From positions 220,410,001 through 220,474,000 of the forward strand of contig OZ024742.1 in NCBI GenBank assembly GCA_964016885.1: a DNA stretch of 64,000 nucleotides, read 5' to 3'. Under the pieces are notes generated by a model that saw only the letters and a program-made list of their open reading frames with translations, was not told where the DNA came from and did no database searches. Source of the stretch: Eledone cirrhosa. Lineage: Eukaryota. The position numbers and the translations under genes are program-made. This document shows positions 24,303-38,829 of the stretch, piece by piece (position 1 is the first letter of the stretch; each line of letters opens with the position of its first letter).

Positions 24303-25769
24303 TAAAAAGATTGAGAGGGAGAGAGATAAAGAGAAGAAAAAAAAGTTGAGAGAGAGAGAGATAGAGAGAGAAAAATATATTGAAAGGGAGGGAGATAGAA
24401 TAGTGAGATGGGAGAGAGAAGAGAATAGAGAGAGAAAGAGAGAGATAGAAGAAAAAAGAGAAAAGATATAATATTGAGAGAGAGTGAAGGAAAGAACAAA
24501 TATTGAGATGGAGAGAGAAAGAAAAAATTATTGTGAGGGAGAGAGAAAAGAATGTTGAAAAAATATTGGAAAAAGAGGGAGAAAGAGTAGTGAGAGGGAG
24601 AGAGAAGAAAGAGAAAGAGAAAGAGGGGAGAAGTGAGTGAAGAAAAAAATTTATATAGGTGAGTATTCAGAATGTAAATATATTATTCGTCGTTATGTTG
24701 TGTTTATATTACTTATAAAGGTAAAGTTAAAAAGTTAAATTAAATATTGATGAGAAATCTTTACAAAAGAGTATTGTTATAATTTAGTTAAAAATTTAAC
24801 CAGAATTTTAATTAAAATTTAATTAGAATTTAATTAAAATTTAAATAATTACAATAAGATATATTACAAAAAGAAGTATTTAAAATTTATTAAGATGTAT
24901 TAATACTATATAGGTTTAGATGGGTATTTTATGTTATAGGTTATAAATTATTTGAATGTATAGTATTTTACATTGGAAAAAAAAAACCAGGTATAGTTTA
25001 ATTGATTAAAGTAAGTTTGGCAAAATTATATTTAGCCAGAGTTTATTAATAGTTGTAAGTTAAATCTTAAACATCAAATATTTATGAAGATTTACGAGAG
25101 TTTAGAAAGGAAAAATTATTTAATTAGGAGTATATATTAAAACAGTTTACAGTTTCGACTATAAATTAAGACTATAAAGATTGAGATAATAAAAACAATA
25201 AGGAAGTTTAAAGGAAGTTAAAAATTGATTTTTTTAAAACCCAAATGATTCAAGGATAGATAAAAATCACTACGAAAGTTATAAGAAGTTATAAAAATTC
25301 ATCTTAAAATATAATTAAGATATGATTAAAATATAAGACATAATTATTGCACATATATATAAAAATAATATAAATGATTAGATATATATGAAAATACATA
25401 AGTATTAAAAATAGTTGGATATATAAGAAAATACATAAGTATTAAGCATGTTTAGAATATGTAGGGGGTAATGGAAATTCATATCTTTCAAAAGAACCTT
25501 TCAGAAATTTAATCATAAGTTTTACAAAAATTTCCAAGAGGTGTTTCGAAGGAAATTTTTAGAATTTTTCAAAATATTTTCATAAAAGAATTTCTGGAGA
25601 GTGCAATAATATAAGTATTAGAAAGTAAAGGTTTTAAGGAGTAAATTAAAATTAAAATTAATAAGTGTACTTTATATATTTAGGAATGTTAGAAAATATA
25701 TAATCTGAGGAAAGAGATTATATGTGTTTGGATGGAGACAAACGTTATGTAAGGAGGAATGAACATATA

Positions 25770-26230
25770 TTACATTTTATATATATATCTAAAAGTTGAG
25801 TTTAACCGATGTTTACAAGAACTAAATAAATTATTCATCAAATTAACAGAGTTCTTAGATTTTAGTATAAAGAATATTTCCTCTACACAAAGGCTACAAA
25901 ATTTGGATAAAGCTGTGTAGCATGGTGCTTTGGAGACAATTTTCCAAGATAAAGAGTAGTTTATATTCATGGATTTTAAATTCCATAATAAGTTGGATAG
26001 AGAATTTGAAGATTTCTTGGTAATATTCGTAAAGGTTATTGAAACGAGATTTGAAGTCTGTCGAAGTAGAGCCGACATAGTTGAAGGAATTATCTTTGGT
26101 TTTTACATTACAATTGTATACTATATTTTTAACTAAACAGTTATTATTTAGAGGACAGTTAAATTTATTTCTACAATTACATTTATCGGAATTTATATTA
26201 TTGGGAGCTGTATCATTATATTGGATATTG
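25770..26230 (-). mobile_element. Penelope-like GIY-YIG endonuclease fragment
   Basis: CNCRNKFNCPLNNNCL..IVY..YVGST..FKSRF, then after a frameshift LSNLLWNLK..WKIV..CSLCVEE. The AT-rich 3' region runs toward the hammerhead at 23883-23944. Confidence 0.8.
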
Positions 26231-26231
26231 C

Positions 26232-26303
<72 letters not shown>

Positions 26304-26309
26304 TGTGTG

Positions 26310-26350
<41 letters not shown>

Positions 26351-26478
26351 AACAACATAAGATAATTATTTCATTTACCAAAGGTAAATGAAATAATTAT
26401 CTTATGTACATAATTAAAAGGCTCTGTAGCCTACATAGAGCACTCTCTTTTCCTTTACCTTTCCTACGGAAACCCTTC

Positions 26479-26575
<97 letters not shown>

Positions 26576-26794
26576 CATGTATGCATGTATCTAGGCTAAT
26601 ATAATGTAAGTAATATTTCATTATTCTAACTGATTATATGTTCTATATGTTTTTGTACTAGATATAAACATTGTTGTACCAATAACAATATCTGTGTGAG
26701 TTCCCTCTTCTGGGTAGTTTAGTTTATTGCATCAAGGGGTTATTGGTCAACAAGTCGGCATTTTTATATGTTGATATTTACATTATATATACAG

Positions 26795-26861
<67 letters not shown>

Positions 26862-27029
26862 CAAATAATTGTTTCTACTTTTGCCACAAGGCCAGCAATT
26901 ATCCCAATGCCTTACTGGTACTTTATAATAGTAGTTAAGACAGGATGAAATCACCATAATTGTTTATTGCATTATATATATTTCTGTTACATGATTATTC
27001 ATATGATTTCGTCAGGTGCTTACGCAATC

Positions 27030-27124
27030 ATTGGTGCAGTTATGCAATCATTGTGATATGCCGGTGACCATGCACGGATGGACGTGCATGGCCACATGCA
27101 TATCACAATGATTGCATAACTGCA

Positions 27125-27129
<5 letters not shown>
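27030..27129. repeat. Near-perfect 100-bp hairpin
   Basis: ATTGGTGCAGTTATGCAATCATTGTGATATGC pairs with 27098-27129, with an inner CCATGCACG/CGTGCATGG stem. Confidence 0.85.
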
Positions 27130-27200
<71 letters not shown>

Positions 27201-27201
<1 letters not shown>

Positions 27202-28072
27202 GAGGTGTGTCAGAAAAGTTCCAGGACTGATGTCACAAAAGATTTATTTCAAACCCAAACTTCACACTAAGAGTTTTCTCCTTCAAAGTAATCCCCCTGG
27301 AGTATGTAACTGTAATCTTAGCTCTCTGCAGCGATCAAACTTTTTTCTTCATAATTTTATATACATGTCCTCTGTTTCAGGTCGTCAAGCAATGAGCACA
27401 GAGCAACGAACAAACTTGAAGTTTCTGGTACGGTTGCTGCAGCGAGTGTGTGGAGATGAGACGATGTCACGCTCATGTGTTTTTGAGAGGTGCAAGAGGT
27501 TTAAAGAAGGACGTGAGGACGTGGAAGATGACCCCCAGGAGCGGAAGGCCCTCAACAACCAGGACTGAGGTCAACCTTGAGCGCGTCAGGCAGATGGTGC
27601 GTAGCGATCGTCGGCTGACTGTTCGACTGATGGCAAATGAGCTGGACATGAATCGGGACAGTGTCTGGAAGATTCTCACTGAAGATTTGGACATACGGAA
27701 AGTCTACGCGAAGATGGTGCCAAAACTGCTGAAAGATGACCAGAAGGGTCTACGCATGCAAGTGTGCCAGGACATCCTCGAGCGTCTTGAAACCGAACCA
27801 GACTTGCTAGGGACAGTCATCATCGGTGATGGATCTTCGAGTACGACCGGAGGGGACCTGTTTTGAAGACGTGGACGACATCAAAAAGGCCGTGACGACA
27901 GAACTGCGGAGGATCCCGGAAGAATCTTTCCAGGAGTGCATGCAAGCGTGGCAGAAAGGGATGGAAAAGTGTACTAGACTCCAGGGGGATTACTTTGAAG
28001 GAGAAAACTCTTAGTGTGAAGTTTGGGTTTGAAATAAATCTTTTGTGACATGGAACTTTTCTGACATACCTC

Positions 28073-28073
<1 letters not shown>
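27201..28073 (+). mobile_element. Internally deleted mariner transposon
   Basis: ~100-bp TIRs (CGAGGTGTGTCAGAAAAGTTCC...) inside (TA)n. Transposase remnants RSGRPST, AKMVPKLL, IIGD and GDYFEG; the catalytic DDD core is deleted. Confidence 0.9.
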
Positions 28074-28135
<62 letters not shown>

Positions 28136-28509
28136 GAACATCATTAATATAACAAACAAAAAGATCTATCAGCCACCCATAGTTTAACTCAATACAACTT
28201 TAATTGGCCAAAAAATGCGTGATAAAGAATTAAAAGTAGGAGAGATAAATGAAAATATACTCTGAAATTTATAATCTGTTCTTTCAACTTCTAACAGCTT
28301 TGAGGATGACTTCAACTGACGCTTATGCTTTTTCAAACTTGGATACATAAAACAGATCTTGTATTTACTAATGTGAGGTTCTAGACTGAAAAATTTATGA
28401 ATAAACCAGTATTTTTTTTTTTTTCATCACGTATTGTTTCGCCTTCCAATCAATTAAAATTATTATATTGTCACGATGCTTTCAAAACCTACCACGAAAC
28501 TCAATAATA

Positions 28510-28712
28510 CAGGATGTTTAAAAAAATAGATATCATTTAAGATGTAAATATCCCAGAAACTACTACTGTATATAGGGAATTAGTGTTATAATAAAGTTTG
28601 AAGAATAAATTTTATGTTGCTCAACATTAAGCCTGCGCTGTCTCGTTGTCCTAGACTGTAGTTTCTGGGATATTTACATCTCAAATGATATTTAATTTTT
28701 TCAAACACTCTG
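28510..28712. mobile_element. Tc1/mariner-type MITE
   Basis: ~55-bp imperfect TIRs CAGGATGTTT...AAACACTCTG flanked by TA. Confidence 0.65.
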
Positions 28713-29059
28713 TATATATCTGATAAGAACGTTTAATCATCTTGTGTTTAAGAAATATTTAGATCCCATCATGGAGTGAAAATCTTAGGATATAGGTAAA
28801 GAAATGCATGAACAAATACCGACACAAGCAAGCAGCTATTTCAGAATTTTCTTTTTGTTTTTACCTCATCTTAAATTTCTTGCTTTTTGTGTTTTTTTCT
28901 TGCTTTTTTACCTCATCTTAAATTTCTTGCTTTTTGTGTTTATTACAGCGAAAATGTGGTTTTCGATGCCGATATAAGATGGTCATAAGTAATTCTTCGC
29001 TCAAAAGCATTCTCTTTCATCGATCGTAAGACAAACCTGTTGTTTACGACACGTTAGCC

Positions 29060-31032
29060 TCGTTACCAAATGGGACTGAATAACTCGGTGAAGTCATCAG
29101 TATTGATACGTAACAAACTAGTAGGTTCCTTAGTGTCTGCTGGCACACGCGGCTCTGGTCAGTTGAGGACTTCCTTGAAATGTTCAGCCCATCTGACTAA
29201 CTTTTCTTCACCCTTGGAAAGCAGCGTACCATCTTTCGCTTTCACCGGGCCTGAGTTAGCTCTAGAGCTGCCGGTGATTTTCTTGGCAATTTGGTACACA
29301 GAGCGCATGTCATTGCGTGCCGCAGCTGCTTCTGCCTCCTCTGCCTTACTCTCAAGCTACATTCGTTTGTCCTTTTGGGCGCTGCGTTTGACCTCCTTGT
29401 CCTTCTCAACATACTGCTGATATACTTTGATGGCCTCTGGGGTAGTGGCATGCCTCTGCTGGTGTAGGGCTTTCCTTTCATTAATCAGCTGCCAGGTGTT
29501 GTCGCTGACCCAAGCTTCTCTGAGGGACTTCCTGTAGCCCAAGATTTCTTCCCCTGCAGCTTCCATGGTCTTCTTCATTTCCTCCCACCAATTGACCGAG
29601 CCTGGTGCAGACTCCTCAAGGGCAGCAAATCTGTTCCTCAAAGCAGCCTCGAACTGTGCTTCTATGTCACCGTTCTTCAGCTTGGTAGTGTCAAAACGCC
29701 TTGTAGTGGGTGCTTTCTTCTTCTGCTTCCTCAGTCTGATTTTAAGTTTGGTAACAGACAGATAGTGGTCACTGCAGACATCTACGCCTCGGTAGACTCG
29801 GACGTCCTGCAGGCAAGGAGCTCTCCAACTTGGGCCAATCGCAATGTGGTCTATTTGCGTCTTGGTAGATAAAGAATGTCGTTCGAAGCCCATGTGATCT
29901 TGTGGATGTTCTTGTGGTCAAATAGTGACGAGCCGATTTTCATATTGTTCATGGCACAGAACTGGACAAACCTGTCCCCGTTGTCCGTGCGGTTTCCATA
30001 AGCATGGGGCCAAGGACATGTTCAAAGCCAACTCTGCTTCCCCCGATCTGTGCTTTCATGTCTCCCATGATGATCAGGATGTCATGACGTGGGGTTTTGT
30101 TGACAACATCTTGTAGTTGCTGGTAGAAAGCGTCCTTATCATCGTCGCTATGTTCGTTGGTTGGAGCATAGCACTGAGCTATGGTGACCCTTGCATGTGA
30201 TGTGGTGAATCTTGCTGTCATTGGGCGTTCGTTGATAGGAGTCCACTCCTCAAGGACACTACTGGCAGCCCTGTCCATGATGATTACAACTCCATCTCGG
30301 TGGATCCCGTTCTGACGGCCTGAGAACTGGATGGTCTTGCTTTCATGGACAAACTTCCCAGAGTCTGTCCAGCGGACCTCGCTGAGGCCCAGGATGTTAA
30401 TTTTGTAGGCCTCCATTTCTCCGATAACTTGCGCAAGTTTGGATGGTTGGTACAGAGTTCTTATGTTCCAATATCCAATACGTGTGGTTGTTTTTGCAGA
30501 CAGAATTCTGGTCCTCAGGATGTCGGCTTCCTCATCGAGACTTTCGCCGACACCCGTCACACAATCTCCGGTTAGAGACAACCGTTCTCCTGACTGCTTG
30601 GAATTTGAATCTGATGCACTATGAATTGTTTTCGTAGCAGGAGAGTTTTTCCGGAAACAGGTCGCTGACCTGAAGTCCAACCACTGACATTTAGTAAAGA
30701 GACAGTAAGTGGAGTATTCTCTGGTAGAACTGCAAACCGATGGCCACGGAATATGGTGTGGGTCGCCTTCAGTCCTGGACCGGTGCCGAGGGAGGATTTC
30801 CTTCTGCTTTAACCAGTGGCTTCTTTGTTGAAGCTCATACGCCTAGTGGTGCCGTGTCAATACCACCCCCTCACGTGGTTCAGTCCACCAGCTGAAGCGG
30901 TGTGCCGGGGCATGGCGATTGGAGCCACACGTGAGAGATTTAGGGGATGGGTGGGGGCCCGTGATGACTGACCACCCTACCAGTTAGGGTGCAGCTGTCA
31001 ACTATCAAGGGTACTACCACTGCCCAAGCCCC
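29060..31032 (-). mobile_element. RTE-clade LINE, 5' UTR and APE domain (RT absent)
   Basis: YWNIRTL, GLSEVRW, CYAPTN, GDM.A, QIDHI and SDH endonuclease motifs across frameshifted ORFs; ends near AEHFKEVLN. Confidence 0.9.
30869..31032 (-). ncRNA. HDV-like ribozyme at RTE 5' end
   Basis: P1 GGGGCTT/ATGCCCC; P2 CTCACGTG/CACGTGAG; P3 GGC/GCC with L3 TCCAATC; P1.1 GG; P4 CACC..GGTG; J4/2 CTGA. Confidence 0.65.
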
Positions 31033-31322
31033 CATGTATCGAGGAGAACAAAAAATATATCAAATAGGGACTGGCTTTGACTCATTTGTCGTCTGATCAC
31101 ACAAGAACGTCTGCTTTTCTGTTGCTTATAGAAGGGCTGAATCCCAATGGGTAAATAGTCAAACTTCTGCCAACAATCTCTACACGTGGGACTCGGTATG
31201 GCGTGGTGGGTGGTGCGCAACACTCATTGCAGAGTGTTCTAGATGGTGAACGTATGTGATCTGAGTTCGTGAAATATGTCTTTCCATAGCTCGTCTCTTT
31301 GACGAAGTTGCTGTCTTAAGTA

Positions 31323-31508
31323 AAATAATTGTTTCTACTTTAGGCACAAGGCCAGCAATTACCCAGTGCATTACTGGTACTTTATTTTATCGACCCCGTA
31401 AGGATGAAAGGCAAAGTCAACCTGGGCGGGATTTGAACTCAGATCGTAAAGGGATGTAACTATGCTGGAAAGCATGGCGTCCGACCCTCTACCGATACTG
31501 CCAATCCA
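31323..31508 (-). mobile_element. tRNA-derived Nin-domain SINE
   Basis: Same family as 19261-19453. Confidence 0.85.
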
Positions 31509-31901
31509 AATAATGACCAATGGCAGTTATGCAACTCTATGCTGTCTAACTCCATTGGGTGTTGGGCTGGCTGCGGGTGCATTTACAATGATATGACCAG
31601 TCGAGGAGGTTATTACAGACTGATAATTGCTGGATATTTCATTTAGATGACCTAAGTTAACGGGTATTTTGCACGTCGTGGGTGAATAGTTAGTATTATT
31701 AGATATGTTTAGGTTTACATTGTGAGTAATACTTGGTGTAAGACTAGTTCCGTCTATTTGTGGGTGGTGATTTATGGGTATATTTTCTATTATCATACAT
31801 TTATAGAAACTCATTGCACTCTTTGCTTTTTGCTGCAGATTGGTTTTTACTTAGGTGAACTAGGCGAAACTATTAACAATTTTAAAATGAAAAACATAAC
31901 A

Positions 31902-32293
31902 TCTATATATCTAAAACAGAGAATGTCTGTCTGTCTCTCTCTCTGACTCCCTAAAACTCGAGTACCACCCAACCGAGTTTTTTCAAACTTTACACATGTA
32001 ATACTTATGGTCGTGTGAGTGTTTTGAGCAAAACATATTTCAAATTTCAATACCCTAGGGACCGCATTGGATAGCTATAACGTCGCGCCCTTATAATATA
32101 TGTCTCTATGTCTGCATTACGACATTATGACACTACCTGTGTGTGTATATATGTATATATAATGTGTGTATATATATGGTGTGTAACATTTTTCGAAATA
32201 TTTACTTCTGCGTTCACAGATTGATTTTTTTAGTTTCAGAAGATCCCGTTAAGGGTGAAAGCAGCGATTCTTCGCTTAAACTTTAATCTGTTA

Positions 32294-32330
<37 letters not shown>

Positions 32331-32671
32331 GTGTTCAGATATTTTTGCATACACAATAACAAAATATATACAAACGTATTTATTTCACGAGGCTCGATAA
32401 GGATAAATATATATCAAATATATAAGAACCCTAGAGCAAATATTGTTCTCATTTCTGACGAGGCAGAAGGGGATATACACGATTGGCTGACGAAGGACAA
32501 GACTGTGTTAGTAGTACGACCAACGGCTGCTATCACATCAACAGCAGCAAAAACAACAACAAAAAACTTCTGCATCAATTGGTGAACATACGACGAAACT
32601 GTTTCAGAAAGGAGGGATAAACATGCCAATCTATGTTTAGAATCCCGAACAACGCCGGGTCATTCTGCTAG
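31902..32671 (+). mobile_element. Non-autonomous Helitron
   Basis: A|TC 5' end and subterminal hairpin CCCG..CGGG then CTAG|T. Confidence 0.75.
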
Positions 32672-33191
32672 TATAACTTAAAATGGAGTGTCATGAAGAG
32701 AACTATCTCGTATCAAGGTGAAAGAAGGGAGTGCCCAATATATTCTCAGGAACTGTTCCAAATCATGAAATCCAAAGATAGGTTACTAAATAAAAACAAG
32801 GAATTAATTATTTCATGTAATCATAAAATCCTGGAAACTTTTAAATACTATAAACCTAACTAATACTTGAAATCACACTGGTCATAACTAGTTTCTTCAA
32901 CCAAGTGAAACTTAACTAGAAATAACATATTCTTACCCAAATAATCTACCTATAGAATAAATAAATGTTGGTAATTAATTAAATCAACATTAATTCGATC
33001 CTTCAAAAGCGGATATAGTATTTCCTCATTTCAATAACAATATTGACTCCTAACCTAATCAAAATAACTTACAATCTACCTAACCAAATTGATTTAATGA
33101 AAATCGTATTCTTCTATCTAAACTCTAATGTTCTAATACTCTAATATTCAAAGCAGTATTGAAATTTAAATACAACTTAAATTATCATGTA

Positions 33192-33580
33192 CTAGCAGTA
33201 AAGCCCGGCGTTGCTCGGGGTCGCTCAGTAGCTGTGTTAAAGTTACAATGTTAAGTTTCTTTTTTGGCTTAAAGTCTGTCTGCACGACTGTCTGTCTGCA
33301 CGCCTAACGAAATTTACAGATACATATATTTTAAACGTAAGACGCTCAATGTAAACAGAACAAAGGGAAATAACTCGTCACTTACGCTCAAAAATCGATA
33401 CATTAGATTCGATTTCGTCACATAGGGTGGGTCAATTTGAAATATTTTTTTTCCGATGTCTTCGCTAGGGCTCAATGTACAAGTATAGCAATTTCGGTGC
33501 AATTCCGTCAGAGATTCTAAGAGGAGATGTGTGCCAAAAATCGATAGACAGACAGACAACCACAGCTTTATATATATAGA
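33192..33580 (-). mobile_element. Non-autonomous Helitron
   Basis: On the minus strand A|TCTATATATATAAAG ... CCCGAGCAACGCCGGG..CTAG|T. Confidence 0.75.
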
Positions 33581-34359
33581 TTAATACCACCTAACCTGAG
33601 ATAATCTTAGCCTGAAAATTCTGAAAATGTCATAGCATTCAATTTTTTCCCCTACTGGAATCACAATTCACTTCTTATATGACTTACGAATTAACCCAAA
33701 CAACCTACACAATTAGCACAAACTTCTTCCTCTATCCAAAATTTATTACCAATCCTAAATCAGCATTGGATTTGAAAATAATTTTTTCTTATCATATATG
33801 TATTTATGTATGCACCTCGATTAAGAAACAAGCTTGCCTTCTAAATTGGGTTTTTATTAAATATTATTAATTTATTAAATATTATTTATCAAACTTTACT
33901 TTCACAAGTTATCAATACAGTAACTTATAAATTGATCTACAATAACCAAGTAATTTCCCTATATCTGAATTAGAACACACATATAAAAACATCTTTATTT
34001 ATTATCAACTAAACACTTACCATCCTTCAATTAAGACATCAAGTTACTATCTTATTAATGAAATAATTAATAATTTCAGTAAATCCCTCAAAATGCTTCA
34101 TTAATTAATTGATATAGAGTGTATATCATTAGAAATGCAATCATGAAAGGGTTAAGTTGATAACTCAGTGTAAAGCTATGCAGCAGAGTCTAGGGCTGTT
34201 TCATTCTTCGAAATCATATTTCAAACAAAGGACTAATAATATGGGAAGGGAAAGCCATGCCTACTTGACCAGCTGATAGTAGCAGACAAGAACAAAGGAA
34301 TGCCAACATATAGAATCATTCGAACATCTGACTGATAAAATGATAAGTCAGTCAATCAT

Positions 34360-34645
34360 ATTGGTGGCGTCCCCACAGCCCTGGCGGACAGAATGGAGAA
34401 GGCGTTTCCCCGGAGGACAGCAAGGGAGACGCACTGGAAAAGCCAATCCAGCTCGCGAGGCTCACACCTGCGGCTGGCCAGCTCAGCGCCTATGGTGGTG
34501 AGTAAGGAGGTAACCCTATGGCCGAGGACACCAGAAGTCTCCACTGCCAAGGGTACAACCGCAAACCTGTCGGAGAGCGACCGGTATTTGAAGAGTTAGG
34601 CCTCCTCAGCCTGACGTGCAGCAGAACCTGGGTTAGTCGCAGAAG
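34360..34645 (-). mobile_element. CRE-like (RLE) LINE 3' fragment
   Basis: PLAVETSGVLG..QCVSLAVLRGNAFSI; homologous to 40295-40580. Confidence 0.8.
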
Positions 34646-34940
34646 ATTTATTACCTCTAGCACAAAGCACTCACCACTTTTAGGATCTTCTTATCTCTCT
34701 TTCCCCCCTCCTCCCCCTCCTCCTCCTCCTCCTCCTCCTCCTCCTTCTTCTTCTTCTTCTTCTTCTTCTTCTTCTTCTTCTTCGTTTACTTAATCCTCAA
34801 ATGATAGTCCAGGCAGTGGTCCTACACCACTTCTTCCACTATCTTTATCAATCAAAAAGAGGTAATCTGGAATATATATTTGTATTGTATGTCTATTCGA
34901 ATATCTACACTGTTTATATACTACCAATAAAAATTCTAAC

Positions 34941-35068
34941 TTCATTGTTTCCGAAGAAGACGGTATGATCGAACCTATATATTATGTCTGATAGTATACA
35001 GTTATCTGCTATAGATCAGTCAATATATCAATATGATTAACCCTCCGAAACGATCGTAAAACAATGAA
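34941..35068 (+). ncRNA. Hammerhead-like motif with ~90-nt stem II insert
   Basis: Perfect 10-bp stem I TTCATTGTTT/AAACAATGAA; core CCGAAGA (U4C); GAAA-CGATCG-TA. Confidence 0.65.
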
Positions 35069-35176
35069 ATAAATATGTAAAATAACTTGGCTTCGCTATT
35101 GTTAAATTAATATCATTGTTATATCTTCGCTATTGTTAAATTAATATCATTGTTAAACTAATATCTAATATATAGG

Positions 35177-35271
<95 letters not shown>

Positions 35272-35854
35272 AAATACTAGCTCCCACCGCCTCAACAACT
35301 AGTTCTATATAATATACACACACACAAGCATATACATTATATATGTTCAAATCCAACCGAGGTTAACTTTGCGTTTCATCCTTACGGGGTCGATAAAATA
35401 AAGTACCAGTAATGCACTGGGATAATTGCTGGCCTTGTGCCAAAAGTAGAAATAATTATATATAGGGTCACTTACCGTGTCATACCTCTCCAAGTTCCTT
35501 CGTCTACTACATCATATATCTGTCAGGAGTTTTGGGTTGCTTTTTAGCAGGAAACTTTATAGTCTTTCTGTCTGCAACTTAACAATTGTACTTTACTGGC
35601 ACTAATAGTGATAGTGCTGGTAGTAGTGGTGGTAGTACTGGTACTGTTGGTGGTGCTGGTGCTGGTGCTAAATGATGGTGTTAGAGATGGTGGCTGGTCG
35701 GTCATTTAAGAGTACACTTAAGTGGTAGAAGTGGTAGAAGTAGTGGTGGAGTGATGGTAATTGCTCGGTCATTTAAGGAGAATACTCTAGGGTGGAGGGG
35801 TGACAGTAATAGGCGTGTTGTTGTTGTTGGTAGTGAAGCTGTTGGTTGTGGCTT

Positions 35855-35913
<59 letters not shown>

Positions 35914-36032
35914 TTCGAGGGAGAAATATTGGCGGAATATCATTGATAGTTATTTTGAGGGAGGTTTTGTTACTATTTCTAGCAGGCGGAGCGATCGCCA
36001 AGAAGCTCCCCGCTGGCGTGTCTATATATCTT

Positions 36033-36221
36033 ATAACTGTTTCTACTTTTGCCACAAGGCCAGCAATTATCCCAGTGCATTACTGGTACTTTATTTTATC
36101 GACCCCGTAAGGATGAAAGGCAAAGTTAACCTCCGCGGGATTTGAACTCAGACCGTAAAGGGGCGTAACTCTATGCTGGAAAGCATGGCGTCCGACCTTC
36201 TACCGATACTGCCAATTCACT
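36033..36221 (-). mobile_element. tRNA-derived Nin-domain SINE
   Basis: Same family. Further partial copies at ~2550-2600, 20745-20840, 26863-26925, 35360-35460, 39696-39770 and 40858-40930. Confidence 0.85.
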
Positions 36222-36770
36222 ATGAGCTAATCGATCAGGGATGTGCAGACCACATTTTAGTCGGTCGGATGTGATGCAGATAAAATGAAGCGCTCAACGA
36301 CCTGTATAAATGGTACAAGCCGGAGCATTATATAGTATTAAAAATATCGGAGGTCACATGCAGTTGATCCAAGCTCATCTATATCTCGATGATACAAATC
36401 TCCCCGAAGACCACGGTTAGATAGTCATCGTCCTACCAATTCCAATAGCCCGAGCTTGTCAGACATGTATAAAAACCTTTTAAAAAATGTTTTTAAATAT
36501 TACAGAACTTCTTGCTTGGACACCTTGCTGGATGAAAAACACGACCTGACAAAGGGCAGAAGGACTCACGAGAGTCAACGGCCATCCAACAGTGTGTATA
36601 TATGTATATATTGAGTGGGTGTGTAAATGTGTATATGTGGCTGGGTGGGGGATTCTTTGTGTGCGCGTGTGTATTTTTTTTTTTACTTTTAAATAACTTT
36701 TTTTTTTATTCCATTTTATCATATTTAACCTATTTATTATTTATCTGGGAAAACTTACCAATTTCTTTTT

Positions 36771-37585
<815 letters not shown>

Positions 37586-37737
37586 AAACAAACTCCTTTA
37601 AGGAAAACACGAGAGAAAGAAAATACTTATGGATAATTGATAAGGCGTTTGCAGATTCGTTACCCAAAACATACCTAGTTTCATATTTAGTATGTTCTGC
37701 TGTAGAAATCAGCTGTCCACTAGATGTCAATTTGGTA

Positions 37738-37841
<104 letters not shown>

Positions 37842-37857
37842 TACATACATACATACA

Positions 37858-38650
37858 TAACAAGTGCAGACTCTGCAGAACTAACGTCGAGGATATCACC
37901 CATGTCATCAGCAGCTGTCCAAAGATGTCATCGCGGTACTATCTACCTATGAGGCATGATGTAGTGGCCAAAACCCTGTACAATGCAGTTCGTAAAAAAG
38001 ATAGCCCCGATAATAAATACATTAAAAGCTACAACAATGTGGAAGACATCCATGTACATAATATGAAAGAGTACTGGTGGAATGTTCCAGTAAAAACCCC
38101 AATAAAATGCAGGCATAACAGACCAGATATTATGATATGGGACAGGGAGAAGAAAACATGCACAGTAGTGGAAATTAGCTGCCCACCAGATGCCAATATA
38201 ATATCAAAGATTAGTGAAAAGGAGAATACTTATGCAGAACTGTTGAGAAATCTGCAGATACTCCACCCTGATTACACCTTCAGATTTATGCCTGTGATTA
38301 TTGGGGCACTTGAGAAGCTAGGCTTCAGAGGAACAGAAAGAACACAACTAGTTAGGAAATTACAAGTACAATCCATTAATGGAACAGTAAAAATATGTAA
38401 AACATTCCAAAAATGTTGCATCTAATAACTGCATATACACATGTACAGATACAAAGCATATACACATGCACACATACAACTCAAAACATCCACATCCACA
38501 CATACAATAACATCCATATCTACACATGCATGCATACATATCTACCTAGTTGATGTTGTGTAAATTCCAATGAGAGAGTCTTGTGTCTATGTTAGAAACC
38601 GACTCTCTCTCTATTGGTAAAACCTTGTGAAATTATAAAACCAGAAGAAC
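37858..38650 (+). mobile_element. 5'-truncated copy of the R4/Dong-like LINE
   Basis: CRLC..H....C..RHD zinc knuckle and RPDI / VVEISCP RLE motifs. Near-identical to 59012-59820 and flanked by (CATA)n on both sides. Confidence 0.9.
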
Positions 38651-38829
38651 ATACATACATACATACATACATACATACATACATACATACATACATACAT
38701 ACATACATACATACATACATACATACATGCTCAAGCAAAATTAAATTATTAGAGCAGTTCACTGAGATGATTGTACTTAAAACGAAAATAAAATGCCGAC
38801 CACGAATGAAATAAACCACACTAAAATCT

